Positions 46,627 to 55,709 of a DNA stretch of 64,000 nucleotides are shown piece after piece. Each line of letters starts with the position of its first letter. Within the stretch, counting starts at the first letter, position 1. Made by a program: the position numbers and the translations under genes. A model generated the notes under the pieces. That model saw nothing but the letters and a program-made list of their open reading frames with translations, did not search any database and was not told where the DNA came from. Origin of the DNA: an uncultured Ignavibacteria bacterium (lineage in GTDB: Bacteria > Zixibacteria > MSB-5A5 > UM-FILTER-46-8); contig CAZLVS010000002.1 of the NCBI GenBank assembly GCA_964563085.1, positions 62-64,061 on the forward strand, given 5' to 3'.

Positions 46627-47400
46627 ATGGTTTGTAAATCTATTCTCGGGATCGCATTGGTACTATCGATATTCTCGATTAATCTCTCCGCCGAGCCGGT
46701 GGAGGTAAGTATGTATCCTCACGATTGGCCTCTGGAAGTTCCGATAGGGGATGTCTTTATTTATGACGGATATGTTTACAATAATTCAGGCGATCCCCTC
46801 GATTCAGTCGATGTGTGGACCATGGCGATTCGACGCAGCGACGACGAAATATTCGGGCCATTCAAGCAGCTCGAAAATCAGTATATTCCCAGACGTTCCA
46901 TACTCTTGGTGCGGCTGGTTCACCAATTGGTCCCAGCCAGCGAGCAAACGCACGTTGGGGTATATGACTATGTCGCCTATTGCGGCAACTACTCCGATGA
47001 AGTCGATTTGTGGGATGTTTGGGATTCGTACTCATTCGAAGTATCAGTGACTCATGCCGAAGATCAACATCAAAATCGCCAATGCTGGGAATGGAACAAT
47101 TATAGCTGGGAACATGGATATATCGTGGAACTGCAACCGGAGTTTCAGGGACTCTCAAACTATCCCAATCCCTTTAATGCTAAAACTACCATATCATTCG
47201 ATTTATTAGGTGATTCCCGGGTGAACCTCAGCGTTTACAATATCGCGGGACAGAAAATCGCCGAGCTAATTGATGGGACATTAAATTCCGGTACCCATAA
47301 CGTCATTTTTGATGCTGAAAACCTGACCAGCGGCGTCTATTTCTATAAACTTAGCACGGAATATGATCTTACAACCAAACGGATGATTTTGCTCCGATAA
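46627..47400 (+). CDS. minimal T9SS cargo: signal peptide + shared ~105-aa module (divergent) + T9SS CTD
   Basis: Module VSMYPHDWPLEVPIGDVFIYDGYVYNNSGDPLDSVDVWTMAI…YDYVAYCGNYSDEV…FEVSV. CTD …NYPNPFNAKTTISFDLLGDSRVNLSVYNIAGQKIAEL…SGVYFYKLSTEYDLTTKRMILLR. Confidence 0.65.
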   Translation: MVCKSILGIALVLSIFSINLSAEPVEVSMYPHDWPLEVPIGDVFIYDGYVYNNSGDPLDSVDVWTMAIRRSDDEIFGPFKQLENQYIPRRSILLVRLVHQLVPASEQTHVGVYDYVAYCGNYSDEVDLWDVWDSYSFEVSVTHAEDQHQNRQCWEWNNYSWEHGYIVELQPEFQGLSNYPNPFNAKTTISFDLLGDSRVNLSVYNIAGQKIAELIDGTLNSGTHNVIFDAENLTSGVYFYKLSTEYDLTTKRMILLR

Positions 47401-47410
47401 AAGGCGAAAT

Positions 47411-47446
47411 GGAGATTGCCGACCTGTGCGATAATCGGCAATCTCC
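47411..47446 (+). terminator. 12-bp perfect hairpin (ggagattgccga…tcggcaatctcc) after cargo gene
   Basis: Seen directly. Followed by A-rich sequence rather than a T-run. Confidence 0.4.
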
Positions 47447-47518
47447 ATTGAGCAAAAAACGAACAAATTATCGATTGGGGTAATAATCACCAACTCGGAT
47501 AAGCTGCGCTTCCAAGAA

Positions 47519-47830
47519 TTACGCACAGATTGGAGGACAGGGCCAGGACCTATTTCCAAGAATCTGCCCGCCGCCATCCATATCACGACCCCCGCTATCC
47601 ACACCGACTATGACCAGTTCCGGTACGCCGTTAGCTTGCAGACCATAATAAATCCTTACGCCAACACAATCCCCCTGCTCGAGGATCTCATCAAAAATGC
47701 GTCGTTCGAAATATCCTCCCCTTCTCCCTTCCAATTTCGCTTGACCGCTTATCGAATCGACATATCTCTGTTTCAATTCAGCGGCTTCCGCAGCGGTTAT
47801 TTTGTGGTCACGTTTCCCATCATAAGGCAT
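47519..47830 (-). CDS. hypothetical small protein (103 aa)
   Basis: Strong RBS (ggagg 7 nt upstream of ATG on minus strand). No recognisable domain; Gly-rich C-terminus ending …CPPICA. Confidence 0.35.
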   Translation of the reverse strand: MPYDGKRDHKITAAEAAELKQRYVDSISGQAKLEGRRGGYFERRIFDEILEQGDCVGVRIYYGLQANGVPELVIVGVDSGGRDMDGGGQILGNRSWPCPPICA

Positions 47831-48440
47831 GATTAACCTCCTTCACTTGAGTTGAAATCCCGAGGTTCCATGCTTGGAGTGACTTAAGATTCCATCCTTT
47901 GCCTCAGAGACAAGATAGACTATCAAATACAGTATTCATATCTGTATAAACCAACCGCTTCTAAATCCACCGCTTTTAGTTCGTGTGATTAGTAAGTGAA
48001 TAGATAATTAACGTTGTTTCAATATACGATGAAAGGTCGCTTTATAGCAAACACCATTTTTATTCCGTAACTCAAAATACGATAGAAACTAAGGACACTA
48101 AATATTTCTTGATGCGAAAATAATTACAAAAAATCGATTTTTTAGTTGATTTTAGACTTTGCATGTAGTATATTCCAATTGTGGTAGTATAAGGTAGTTG
48201 TATTAGGTAGGATACATACCCCACAAGAACATAAACATATTTATTCCCGAATCCGTTATCTTTGGAAATTCGGTAATTTTTGCTTATCGAACCGATGTTC
48301 TATAAGCAGATATTGTTCTTCCTTAAAGGGAATTTACCAAGAGGCGTTCTTTTTTTGGATTATAGTGATAATGGTTGTCATTATTAACAACAGAATTTGA
48401 GAAAAGAAACGAGTAAACCAATAACAAAAGGAGGAAACAA

Positions 48441-49286
48441 ATGGACAAACTGAAATCACAATTAATCGGAGTGATTTTAACTGTTCTCCCTATCTTGATC
48501 TTAGTTCCGCATGCAGCAGTGGCAAACGTGAATCTTTCCCCGCCGCAGCCGGATAATGATTACCCGTTGGAAGTGATTATTGAACGTGAAGATAGTCTAT
48601 TAGTCCGTGGTGTAGAGCAGTATATAGCTGATATCCGCATAAATAACACCACCGATGATTACCTTCAGTTCACGTTTCGCACCGAGGTTTATAGCGAAGT
48701 CACCGGCGCTACGCTGGGACCATATGTCGGTCCTTACGTGAGTGGCATACCTTCCGGCTGGAGCCTTTGCGGTCACGTGGAGCATCCTGTCGCAGACTGC
48801 TCCTACATAGGATTTTACCAGTATAGACTCATCGCCTATGTGGAAGAAGACACTCTGGGTTATGGCGAATCTCGCGTTTTCATTACAAACAGCGAAGCCA
48901 ATAACCATCTTCCTGACTGCAAAACCGTGTTCTTTCCCGGGATGTGGGAGTTTTACCTGGTGGATCCCGAAGGTAGGTATCACGGTTTAGATCATTGGAG
49001 CGAAATGGGTAATGGAGAGAACACTTCAACTATCCATCTATTTGCATCGCCGAATCCTTTTAACGCTACAACCAACATCACTTTCGAACTGGCGCAGAAG
49101 TCGGATGTAAAGCTGGAAATCTATAATATCCTGGGCAGGAAAGTTACCACGCTTGCAGAAGGCGTTTATAATGCGGGAACGTACAATATAAACTGGGATG
49201 CATCAGAACAACCGTCAGGCGTATATTTTTATCGCCTGAGTACGCCCAACGAGGTTAAAACCCAGAGAACAACTTTACTGAAATAG
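48441..49286 (+). CDS. T9SS-secreted protein with unknown N-domain + T9SS CTD (no shared module)
   Basis: Signal/anchor MDKLKSQLIGVILTVLPILILVPHAAVA. CTD …ASPNPFNATTNITFELAQKSDVKLEIYNILGRKVTTL…SGVYFYRLSTPNEVKTQRTTLLK. Confidence 0.65.
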   Translation: MDKLKSQLIGVILTVLPILILVPHAAVANVNLSPPQPDNDYPLEVIIEREDSLLVRGVEQYIADIRINNTTDDYLQFTFRTEVYSEVTGATLGPYVGPYVSGIPSGWSLCGHVEHPVADCSYIGFYQYRLIAYVEEDTLGYGESRVFITNSEANNHLPDCKTVFFPGMWEFYLVDPEGRYHGLDHWSEMGNGENTSTIHLFASPNPFNATTNITFELAQKSDVKLEIYNILGRKVTTLAEGVYNAGTYNINWDASEQPSGVYFYRLSTPNEVKTQRTTLLK

Positions 49287-49306
49287 GTTCGTTTAGCGGC
49301 TTTTTC

Positions 49307-49338
49307 ATCGGGTCAGGATTACCTGACCCGATTTTTTA
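49307..49338 (+). terminator. rho-independent terminator (atcgggtcagg atta cctgacccgat + TTTTTT)
   Basis: 11-bp stem, 4-nt loop, T6 run immediately after the stop of the 48441..49286 gene. Confidence 0.7.
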
Positions 49339-49476
49339 TGGAGTATGCGTACCCCCCCCCGGCACACCCATCTTAAGCTTTCTTCGCCAGCAAATTATAC
49401 CAGCGCCCGAGCGACTTGACAATCATAGCTTTGAATACTATATTAATGAAGTAAATCACTGCCGGAGGGGATAAAA

Positions 49477-51123
49477 ATGATATTTAATTACAGATTGCTT
49501 GGCTATCATCGCATCACTCTTGTGGTTTCGCTTACAGTTATTTTGACCATATTTATTTCATCCGATTCTACATCAAGGGGATTTTCACACGAAAGTGATT
49601 TCTGTAATAACTGGGAAGTATACAAAAGAGATCAGATAAAGAAATATGGGAGATTGTACGATCCATGCTATAATGGAGACTGTGATATCCCCAGAAATCG
49701 TAATGAATCAATACCGGAACCCGATGACCCATATTTGTATATTCGCCTGTATTTCAATATCTTCTGTGAAGATGACGGCAGCAACTGCGGCACAACCGAG
49801 TCAATACTCGACCTGCAGATAAGGGAACTCAATAGCGCATTCTCTCCCTCAAGAATCCAGTTTGTTTATGATCATACCTTCATAAACTCAACGGAGTATA
49901 GATATAATCCAGATGTGGAACAGATGAAAAGTATTTATGCCCGGGCTCCCGAATATCAGCTTAATGTATACATTACTGAGGGCGCCGGTTCTTTTGGAAC
50001 ATATCCCTGGGACGACGTAAGATTACCGCTTTCCGATCAGGGCGGTATAGTTATACGTCACGATCGTATTTATCCGGCTCCATATTACGATAATACACTG
50101 GCACATGAAATCGGTCACTGTCTTGGATTATGGCATACATTCCACGGTGTATTTGAAGTACCGGAGTGCGGAGACTGTTATGAAATGGCAAATGGGGAAG
50201 ATGCCGATGTTACCGGAGATCTCTGTTCGGATACGCCGCCGACTCCACGAAACTACGATTGCCGAGATCCAGGCGGTGTCGATCCCTGCTGCGATACTCC
50301 ATGGGGGGAAACGTCTCCTCAAAATTATATGAGCTACAGCGCTCTGGGAGGAACTCCCTGCTGGACCGAGTTTACGCCGCAGCAATGGGGACGGATGCAT
50401 TGCTGGATTGATGCCGTTCTTTCCGGCTGGATTCAATCCGCCGGCTCACAATTGTCTATTGCAATGATCCCGGATGAAAATCCGATTGAAGTTATGCCGG
50501 GCGAGCAGTTCGGGCTTACAGGAATTTTGACAAACAACGGAGACAGCAGCGAAACAGCGGATGTCTGGATAATGCTGATTGCGCCGGAAATAGGGGAACA
50601 TGGTCCCCTACATACTTTCCATGACATCTCCCTACAACCGGGGCAAACAATCAATGCGCACCTTAATCAGCAGGTGCCGATAAACGCCCCATTAGGCATA
50701 TATGATTACATTGCAAACGCAGGAGATTTTCCCGATACAATTTACGATGCTGATACATTTCAATTCACAGTATTTCAGAATTCCGAACAAGGAGATTTCA
50801 GCGATCATAATCGGAGGTGGGTTCTGAGGGGAGGTTTCGACCGGAGTGTATCAAACCTAAAGAGCTTACAAAATGTCAGAAACTATCCTAATCCATTTAA
50901 TTCTTTTACCGAGATATCATTCCAGCTTATTGATGATTCCTATATCGAAATAACTGTTTTTGATATCCTGGGAAGACGAGTTGCAGCGCTTGCCAAAGGT
51001 AACTATAACGCTGGTGCGCACAATATCCGTTGGGATGCGTCAAACCAGCCGTCAGGTATATATTTCTATCGACTGAGTACACCCAATGAGGCTGAAACCA
51101 ATAGAATCACATTAATTAGATAA
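49477..51123 (+). CDS. T9SS-secreted M43-family (pappalysin/ulilysin-like) zinc metalloprotease + shared ~105-aa module + T9SS CTD
   Basis: Extended zinc motif HEIGHCLGLWHTFHG (HExxHxxGxxH, as in ulilysin HEIGHWLGLYHTF). Cys-rich catalytic domain. Module LSIAMIPDENPIEVMPGEQFGLTGILTNN…DVWIMLIAPEIGEHGP…YDYIANAGDFPDTI…FQFTV. CTD …NYPNPFNSFTEISFQLIDDSYIEITVFDILGRRVAAL…SGIYFYRLSTPNEAETNRITLIR. Confidence 0.7.
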   Translation: MIFNYRLLGYHRITLVVSLTVILTIFISSDSTSRGFSHESDFCNNWEVYKRDQIKKYGRLYDPCYNGDCDIPRNRNESIPEPDDPYLYIRLYFNIFCEDDGSNCGTTESILDLQIRELNSAFSPSRIQFVYDHTFINSTEYRYNPDVEQMKSIYARAPEYQLNVYITEGAGSFGTYPWDDVRLPLSDQGGIVIRHDRIYPAPYYDNTLAHEIGHCLGLWHTFHGVFEVPECGDCYEMANGEDADVTGDLCSDTPPTPRNYDCRDPGGVDPCCDTPWGETSPQNYMSYSALGGTPCWTEFTPQQWGRMHCWIDAVLSGWIQSAGSQLSIAMIPDENPIEVMPGEQFGLTGILTNNGDSSETADVWIMLIAPEIGEHGPLHTFHDISLQPGQTINAHLNQQVPINAPLGIYDYIANAGDFPDTIYDADTFQFTVFQNSEQGDFSDHNRRWVLRGGFDRSVSNLKSLQNVRNYPNPFNSFTEISFQLIDDSYIEITVFDILGRRVAALAKGNYNAGAHNIRWDASNQPSGIYFYRLSTPNEAETNRITLIR

Positions 51124-51132
51124 AAACCTTAG

Positions 51133-51290
51133 TCTGTATTCTTCACAAATCCTATCACCGGCAGCGGGAGATTTGCGCTTCCGGCGTTTCTTTGTAATCC
51201 TCAATTCCAATCCGTAGATGACCTGCTTCTATTGAACTCCCGAAAGACAAGCCTTTGATGCGGGTTAATGGGTTTTATGAATTATCCGGG
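51133..51290 (+). repeat. ~155-bp intergenic repeat element, copy 9
   Basis: tctgtattcttcacaaatcctatcaccggcagcgggagatttgcgcttccggcg…ctcccgaaagacaagcctttgatgcgggttaatgggttttatgaattatccggg. Confidence 0.75.
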
Positions 51291-51318
51291 TTAAGCGGTT
51301 ATTTCGTTATCAACCGTT

Positions 51319-52188
51319 TTATTGGCCCCACCAGCAATCGCGGTAAACATCCGGGGATGATTTCGGCAATGGAGGAGGTTGGCAATTCACACAGATAGAA
51401 CTGGTTCTGCTTCCCACCTTGATTTTTTCGATGATACTTCCGCATCGAAGACATTCCTGACCGGCTTTGCCGTAAATCTTATGCTCGATCTGAAAATAAC
51501 CTGCATCGCCATTTTCACTGACAAAATCCCGTATGGAGGAGCCTCCTGCTTTTATTGCTGATTTTAGAATCTTTTGGATAGAAGCATGCAGCTTTTCGGC
51601 ATACTCCCGCTTGATATCGCAACTAATGGTTCTGGGATGGATACCGGCGTCGTAGAGGGACTCATCAACATAAATATTACCGAGTCCGGCGATAATAGAC
51701 TGATCCAATAATAGACTCTTAATCATTTTTTTGTGGCTGAAAAGGATATCGACGAATTCTTCTGCGGAAATCTTTAATGGGTCTGCTCCCAGCGAATCGA
51801 TAATACTCTCTATTTTGCCGCCGTCATCGTCGATCACCATTCTCCCGAATCTTCGGATATCATTAAAAACCAAATAGCGACCATTTTCCTTGAATTCTAT
51901 TATCACATGCGAATGCTTGGGTAGCTCGCTACCCGAAGAAACAACCAGCAGCTTGCCAGTCATTCCCAGATGCGTAAGCATTCTTTCACCTTCGGAAAAT
52001 TCCGTTAGAATATACTTGCCTTTTCTGGATATATGATTGACTCGTTTACCTTTTAACCTGTGCATTTCCCTTTGATTACCACCATTGATAATCTCCGGAA
52101 AATTAATTCCGATCCTTGCAATCGTCAATCCTTCGACATTTTCTCTCAACCCCCGAACGATCACCTCAACTTCCGGTAGTTCTGGCAT
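51319..52188 (-). CDS. mutM: formamidopyrimidine-DNA glycosylase (Fpg/MutM)
   Basis: N-terminal MPELPEVE (catalytic Pro2 and Glu), H2TH region, C-terminal zinc finger CLRCGSIIEKIKVGSRTSSICVNCQ. Start set at the second Met of the tool ORF. Confidence 0.85.
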   Translation of the reverse strand: MPELPEVEVIVRGLRENVEGLTIARIGINFPEIINGGNQREMHRLKGKRVNHISRKGKYILTEFSEGERMLTHLGMTGKLLVVSSGSELPKHSHVIIEFKENGRYLVFNDIRRFGRMVIDDDGGKIESIIDSLGADPLKISAEEFVDILFSHKKMIKSLLLDQSIIAGLGNIYVDESLYDAGIHPRTISCDIKREYAEKLHASIQKILKSAIKAGGSSIRDFVSENGDAGYFQIEHKIYGKAGQECLRCGSIIEKIKVGSRTSSICVNCQPPPLPKSSPDVYRDCWWGQ

Positions 52189-52309
52189 CATGCACCTCTA
52201 TTGTTCTTTTGCTGAATGTTTGAAAATAAAACATCTGTTTTTCTAACCCTTTAATATTATGATAATAAAAATTGTTCCTGATAAGGAGAATTTTAGGATT
52301 TCGTAAAAA

Positions 52310-52954
52310 TTATCCTATAATTCCCGTCCAGTCTTTCATGAGAAAGATCACCCTGCCTATAAGCAGAGAAACGCGAGCCATAACGGTAAATCCGAAGGTG
52401 GAACCGAAACCTATCATAAGAATCCAGATTCCTGCGGTCGCCATTCCGCCAAAGACACCTTTGTGTTCTTTGGAAAAGAAGAAATATACTAAGCCGCAAG
52501 CGACGCCTACAGCTATAAACAAGCTGCCTAAATCCTGCCAAGAACTGAAAGTTATCGGCACAATGGTAGCCTGTAATTGTCTTATGATAAAGTTCTGGAG
52601 AGCCAACGGTATCGCTGCTCCAGTCCCGATTCCCCATATCACCGCAATCGGGTATCGAGCTATATATGCCCATTTAGGGGAAAATCGGCTAAAAAGCAAT
52701 ATACCTATCAATGCAGGAAAAATCAAGAGAAAAATTCCCAGAGTCCCGGGCACCATGTGCCACTCTCCCCTGCTCAGAGGATCAATGAAAATAGGAATGA
52801 ACGTCACTCTTATATAGATAACCAAACCGTAACCGGCGGAAATACCGACCGATAGATGTTCAGCGAATTTATAAAGCAGATTATCCTTATATAGAAAGGA
52901 AAAGACGCATAAGGTAAGAATCGCAGCCAGCCATACGCCGGGATCGGTACTCAT
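52310..52954 (-). CDS. polytopic membrane protein of unknown family (gene 4 of a 4-gene overlapping cassette)
   Basis: About 6 hydrophobic helices. Start overlaps the stop of the upstream gene by 4 nt (ATGA). No known motif recognised. Confidence 0.5.
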   Translation of the reverse strand: MSTDPGVWLAAILTLCVFSFLYKDNLLYKFAEHLSVGISAGYGLVIYIRVTFIPIFIDPLSRGEWHMVPGTLGIFLLIFPALIGILLFSRFSPKWAYIARYPIAVIWGIGTGAAIPLALQNFIIRQLQATIVPITFSSWQDLGSLFIAVGVACGLVYFFFSKEHKGVFGGMATAGIWILMIGFGSTFGFTVMARVSLLIGRVIFLMKDWTGIIG

Positions 52955-53781
52955 AGCCGGGTACCTTTCTTCTTACGCGTAACGAAATAACCGATATTAC
53001 CGATTATGATAAACAAAACGATTACGATATGAGCAAATGATTGAATGCTCATACCCATGGTAGCCATATCCTTATAATTCACCAAATCTTCATATTCCGC
53101 AGCCCCTTTTAGACCTCCGATAATACCGATAACCTGTCCCGAATTAAGATACTGGTAATAGTCGGCCGCCATAACCGCTGTAACGCCGATAGCGAATGGG
53201 AAACCGTAACGTTCCCTTCCCCAGATTATCCACTGGTCTACGCCCGAGGTAGCGTTAATGGTTAACACAAGGTCGATGTCACCATAATTCTTTATCCCCT
53301 GCATCATGGGTAGACCATCCAACGGAGTCCCGTAAAGATCGGTGGGAAAACTCTGCCGGAAATTCTGCCCCATCGACATTATCACAACCGCCGGATAGGG
53401 TCTGTAACCGAGAAAAATGTAGTCTTTTCCATACTCCGCATTCATCTTCTCAGCCATATAAAGTATTTCCTGCTCAATTAGTGTTACGCCGGTGTGATAG
53501 AACAGTCCAGCTATTATATTAATATCCTTGCTCCAGCAATGACGAAGGATGGCATACAACATCGGTTCGAGTTCCGCCATAGTGTCCGGCGCGTATTCGC
53601 AAGGTAAAAGAAGGGTGGAACCGGGAGGTAATTCATCAACAAGGTCATATACATTTTGCACTTCTTTGGTCACCGTAATAGGCAAATCAACCCTCAGAAG
53701 CAGCGGCAATATTACCGACAGCATGATAATCAGGAATATTATACGGCGGTCGATTTTGGTGAGTCGTTCAAAGAAATCCAT
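52951..53781 (-). CDS. bitopic membrane protein with large extracytoplasmic domain, unknown family (gene 3 of cassette)
   Basis: N-terminal TM (IIFLIIMLSVILPLLL), ~190-aa soluble domain, C-terminal TM + KKKGTRL tail. Translationally coupled to its neighbours. Confidence 0.5.
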   Translation of the reverse strand: MDFFERLTKIDRRIIFLIIMLSVILPLLLRVDLPITVTKEVQNVYDLVDELPPGSTLLLPCEYAPDTMAELEPMLYAILRHCWSKDINIIAGLFYHTGVTLIEQEILYMAEKMNAEYGKDYIFLGYRPYPAVVIMSMGQNFRQSFPTDLYGTPLDGLPMMQGIKNYGDIDLVLTINATSGVDQWIIWGRERYGFPFAIGVTAVMAADYYQYLNSGQVIGIIGGLKGAAEYEDLVNYKDMATMGMSIQSFAHIVIVLFIIIGNIGYFVTRKKKGTRL

Positions 53782-53782
53782 A

Positions 53783-54403
53783 TCAGTCGGACCCCATATA
53801 GGAACGTTCTATACCCAGCATCACTTTCAGCGCCGTGGCGGCGGCGCCCATCCCGACTCCCATAAAAATAGCCCGCTTTGCGGCTACGTTTGGATAATTT
53901 ATCAATATATCAGCCAGTTTTGGAAATAAACCGAATGAGATTATCGAACCAATAGGCACTCTGCCCATCATTACGATTATTGCCGCCAAAAGTAAGATGG
54001 TGGCTATTACGGTTCTTGCCCTGAAAGCGCGGTATGCGGCAGATGCGATGAAAAAAGCGAGCAATGCAAACAGCGTCGCCGAGATGGGCGCTAAAACATT
54101 GTTATACAGCCATACGAAAACGGGACCGCTTTCAGTGTCTATCAATCCTACCGTCGTCATTCCGAAAAGCGAGACCAGAAGTACTACCGAAATACCCCAG
54201 TTCTCCTTCTTGAAATTTATTTTATCGTAATGTACCAGGATGATACTGAGTATTCCCATCGAAAGGGCGAAAATACCGATTATCTGGAGCCAGATGTTAC
54301 TCACCTCGTACATTATCTCGAAACTCCGATGAGGGATAAAATACTGCAGCGTCAGAATGAAAGCGCAGACAAAAGTTATGGCAATAGGCAGTTGTCGTTT
54401 CAT
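53783..54403 (-). CDS. polytopic membrane protein of unknown family (gene 2 of cassette)
   Basis: Five or six TM helices. Start/stop abut the flanking genes (1-nt gaps). Confidence 0.5.
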   Translation of the reverse strand: MKRQLPIAITFVCAFILTLQYFIPHRSFEIMYEVSNIWLQIIGIFALSMGILSIILVHYDKINFKKENWGISVVLLVSLFGMTTVGLIDTESGPVFVWLYNNVLAPISATLFALLAFFIASAAYRAFRARTVIATILLLAAIIVMMGRVPIGSIISFGLFPKLADILINYPNVAAKRAIFMGVGMGAAATALKVMLGIERSYMGSD

Positions 54404-54404
54404 A

Positions 54405-55634
54405 TCAATTCACCGTTACATCCAATAGTCTGATGAAGAAATCGCTCCCGAAAACTGAGGCGGCAATCAATCCCGCAATGAGGAAAATGACAATTGCCGC
54501 TTTACCTATATCCTGAGCTTTGAGTATGCCCAGTTTTAAAGGATCTTGAGAGAGATAAGCCGATGCGGCATAGAGCTCTTCCCCGATAAGCGTATAGTCG
54601 CAGGCGGCGACGAAAAACGGGATCTGAATCGCTTCATCGGTTCCCCCTATCTGAATAGCGCCGGCTTCGTACCCGGTTTCGGCCAGCATTAATGACTCGG
54701 CGTAGAATTTGCCCAGGAAGAAATTGGTTGCCGGTTTATCGCGCAGCATGATTCCATTGACAGCGGCGGCATAGGGGAACTGCTCCTGGGTGATAAAAAA
54801 CACTTCTTTCTCATTATATAAATCAGGTCTGCCGGCGTCGAGATACGCAGACCTGACCACCTCCTGCGCCACGATCATCGTTTCCGGATAATAGCAGGGA
54901 ACGATAACGCGTGATTGGTATTCGGCGGATTGCTTGGCAACACGTTCCAGAATCGTCATTGCGGCTATAGTCGCCACATCGGAAGCCACACCCAGTCCCG
55001 GAACCACCAAAATCGGTTTTCCCATCTCGGTAGCTCTCCCGATAGCGTCATCTATGGCATTGATACCGGATAGAGGTCGGATGTACAATTCGCGACCATG
55101 TTTTGCGATGCGCAGAACAGTCAGAACCACCAGACAAAAAAGCAAAGCTACCACAAAAGTGGCGGTCTTGCCGGAATGGAACCACTGTCCGCTCGATTGA
55201 ACCGGCCCTAAGATGTTCGATGATACTTCCGAGTCCAGAATATCAATTTTATAGTAGTAATCGACACCATCAAAAACGCCATTTGGGTCTTCGCCGGTTC
55301 CAAACTCATTTCTGTCAATGAACTTGTAGTCTCCGATAGAGGCGAATGCTACCGAATCGAAAGGACCGGATTCGGAACGGGAACGCATAATTCTGTAACC
55401 GATTCCCGGAAATGAAGAATCTACCACTGCCGGTTCCCATACTACGGTGATACTCCTTCCATGATCATTTTTGGTGTCGTAAGCGTCGTAGATTACCGGC
55501 GGTTTAATTACAAATGAAGTGTCGGGAATATCGGTTTCCCGAGCTAAACCATTTGTAAACAGGAAGGCTGAAATTAAGATGGTAAAAAGGAATAAGGTTG
55601 TCACCGAATGATGTCGATCCTGCGAAGTATTCAT
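54405..55634 (-). CDS. membrane protein with periplasmic fibronectin-III-like domain and large second domain, unknown family (gene 1 of cassette)
   Basis: N-terminal anchor. FN3-like segment ITVVWEPAVVDSS…GYRIMRSRSESGPFDSV…YYYKIDILD. Then a TM helix, ~230-aa domain and a C-terminal TM. Confidence 0.5.
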   Translation of the reverse strand: MNTSQDRHHSVTTLFLFTILISAFLFTNGLARETDIPDTSFVIKPPVIYDAYDTKNDHGRSITVVWEPAVVDSSFPGIGYRIMRSRSESGPFDSVAFASIGDYKFIDRNEFGTGEDPNGVFDGVDYYYKIDILDSEVSSNILGPVQSSGQWFHSGKTATFVVALLFCLVVLTVLRIAKHGRELYIRPLSGINAIDDAIGRATEMGKPILVVPGLGVASDVATIAAMTILERVAKQSAEYQSRVIVPCYYPETMIVAQEVVRSAYLDAGRPDLYNEKEVFFITQEQFPYAAAVNGIMLRDKPATNFFLGKFYAESLMLAETGYEAGAIQIGGTDEAIQIPFFVAACDYTLIGEELYAASAYLSQDPLKLGILKAQDIGKAAIVIFLIAGLIAASVFGSDFFIRLLDVTVN

Positions 55635-55709
55635 AAGCGCAAATAAGCAAATCCGCTATTTACGGTCAATTAAAAAAATCGCCGATAAACTGCTGCAGTA
55701 GAGAAGCAA

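Noticed and set aside
52272-52817. 181-aa ORF on the plus strand
   Set aside because: It overlaps the minus-strand membrane-protein gene that fits the translationally coupled four-gene cassette. The plus-strand product is Pro/Ile/Lys-rich and non-protein-like.
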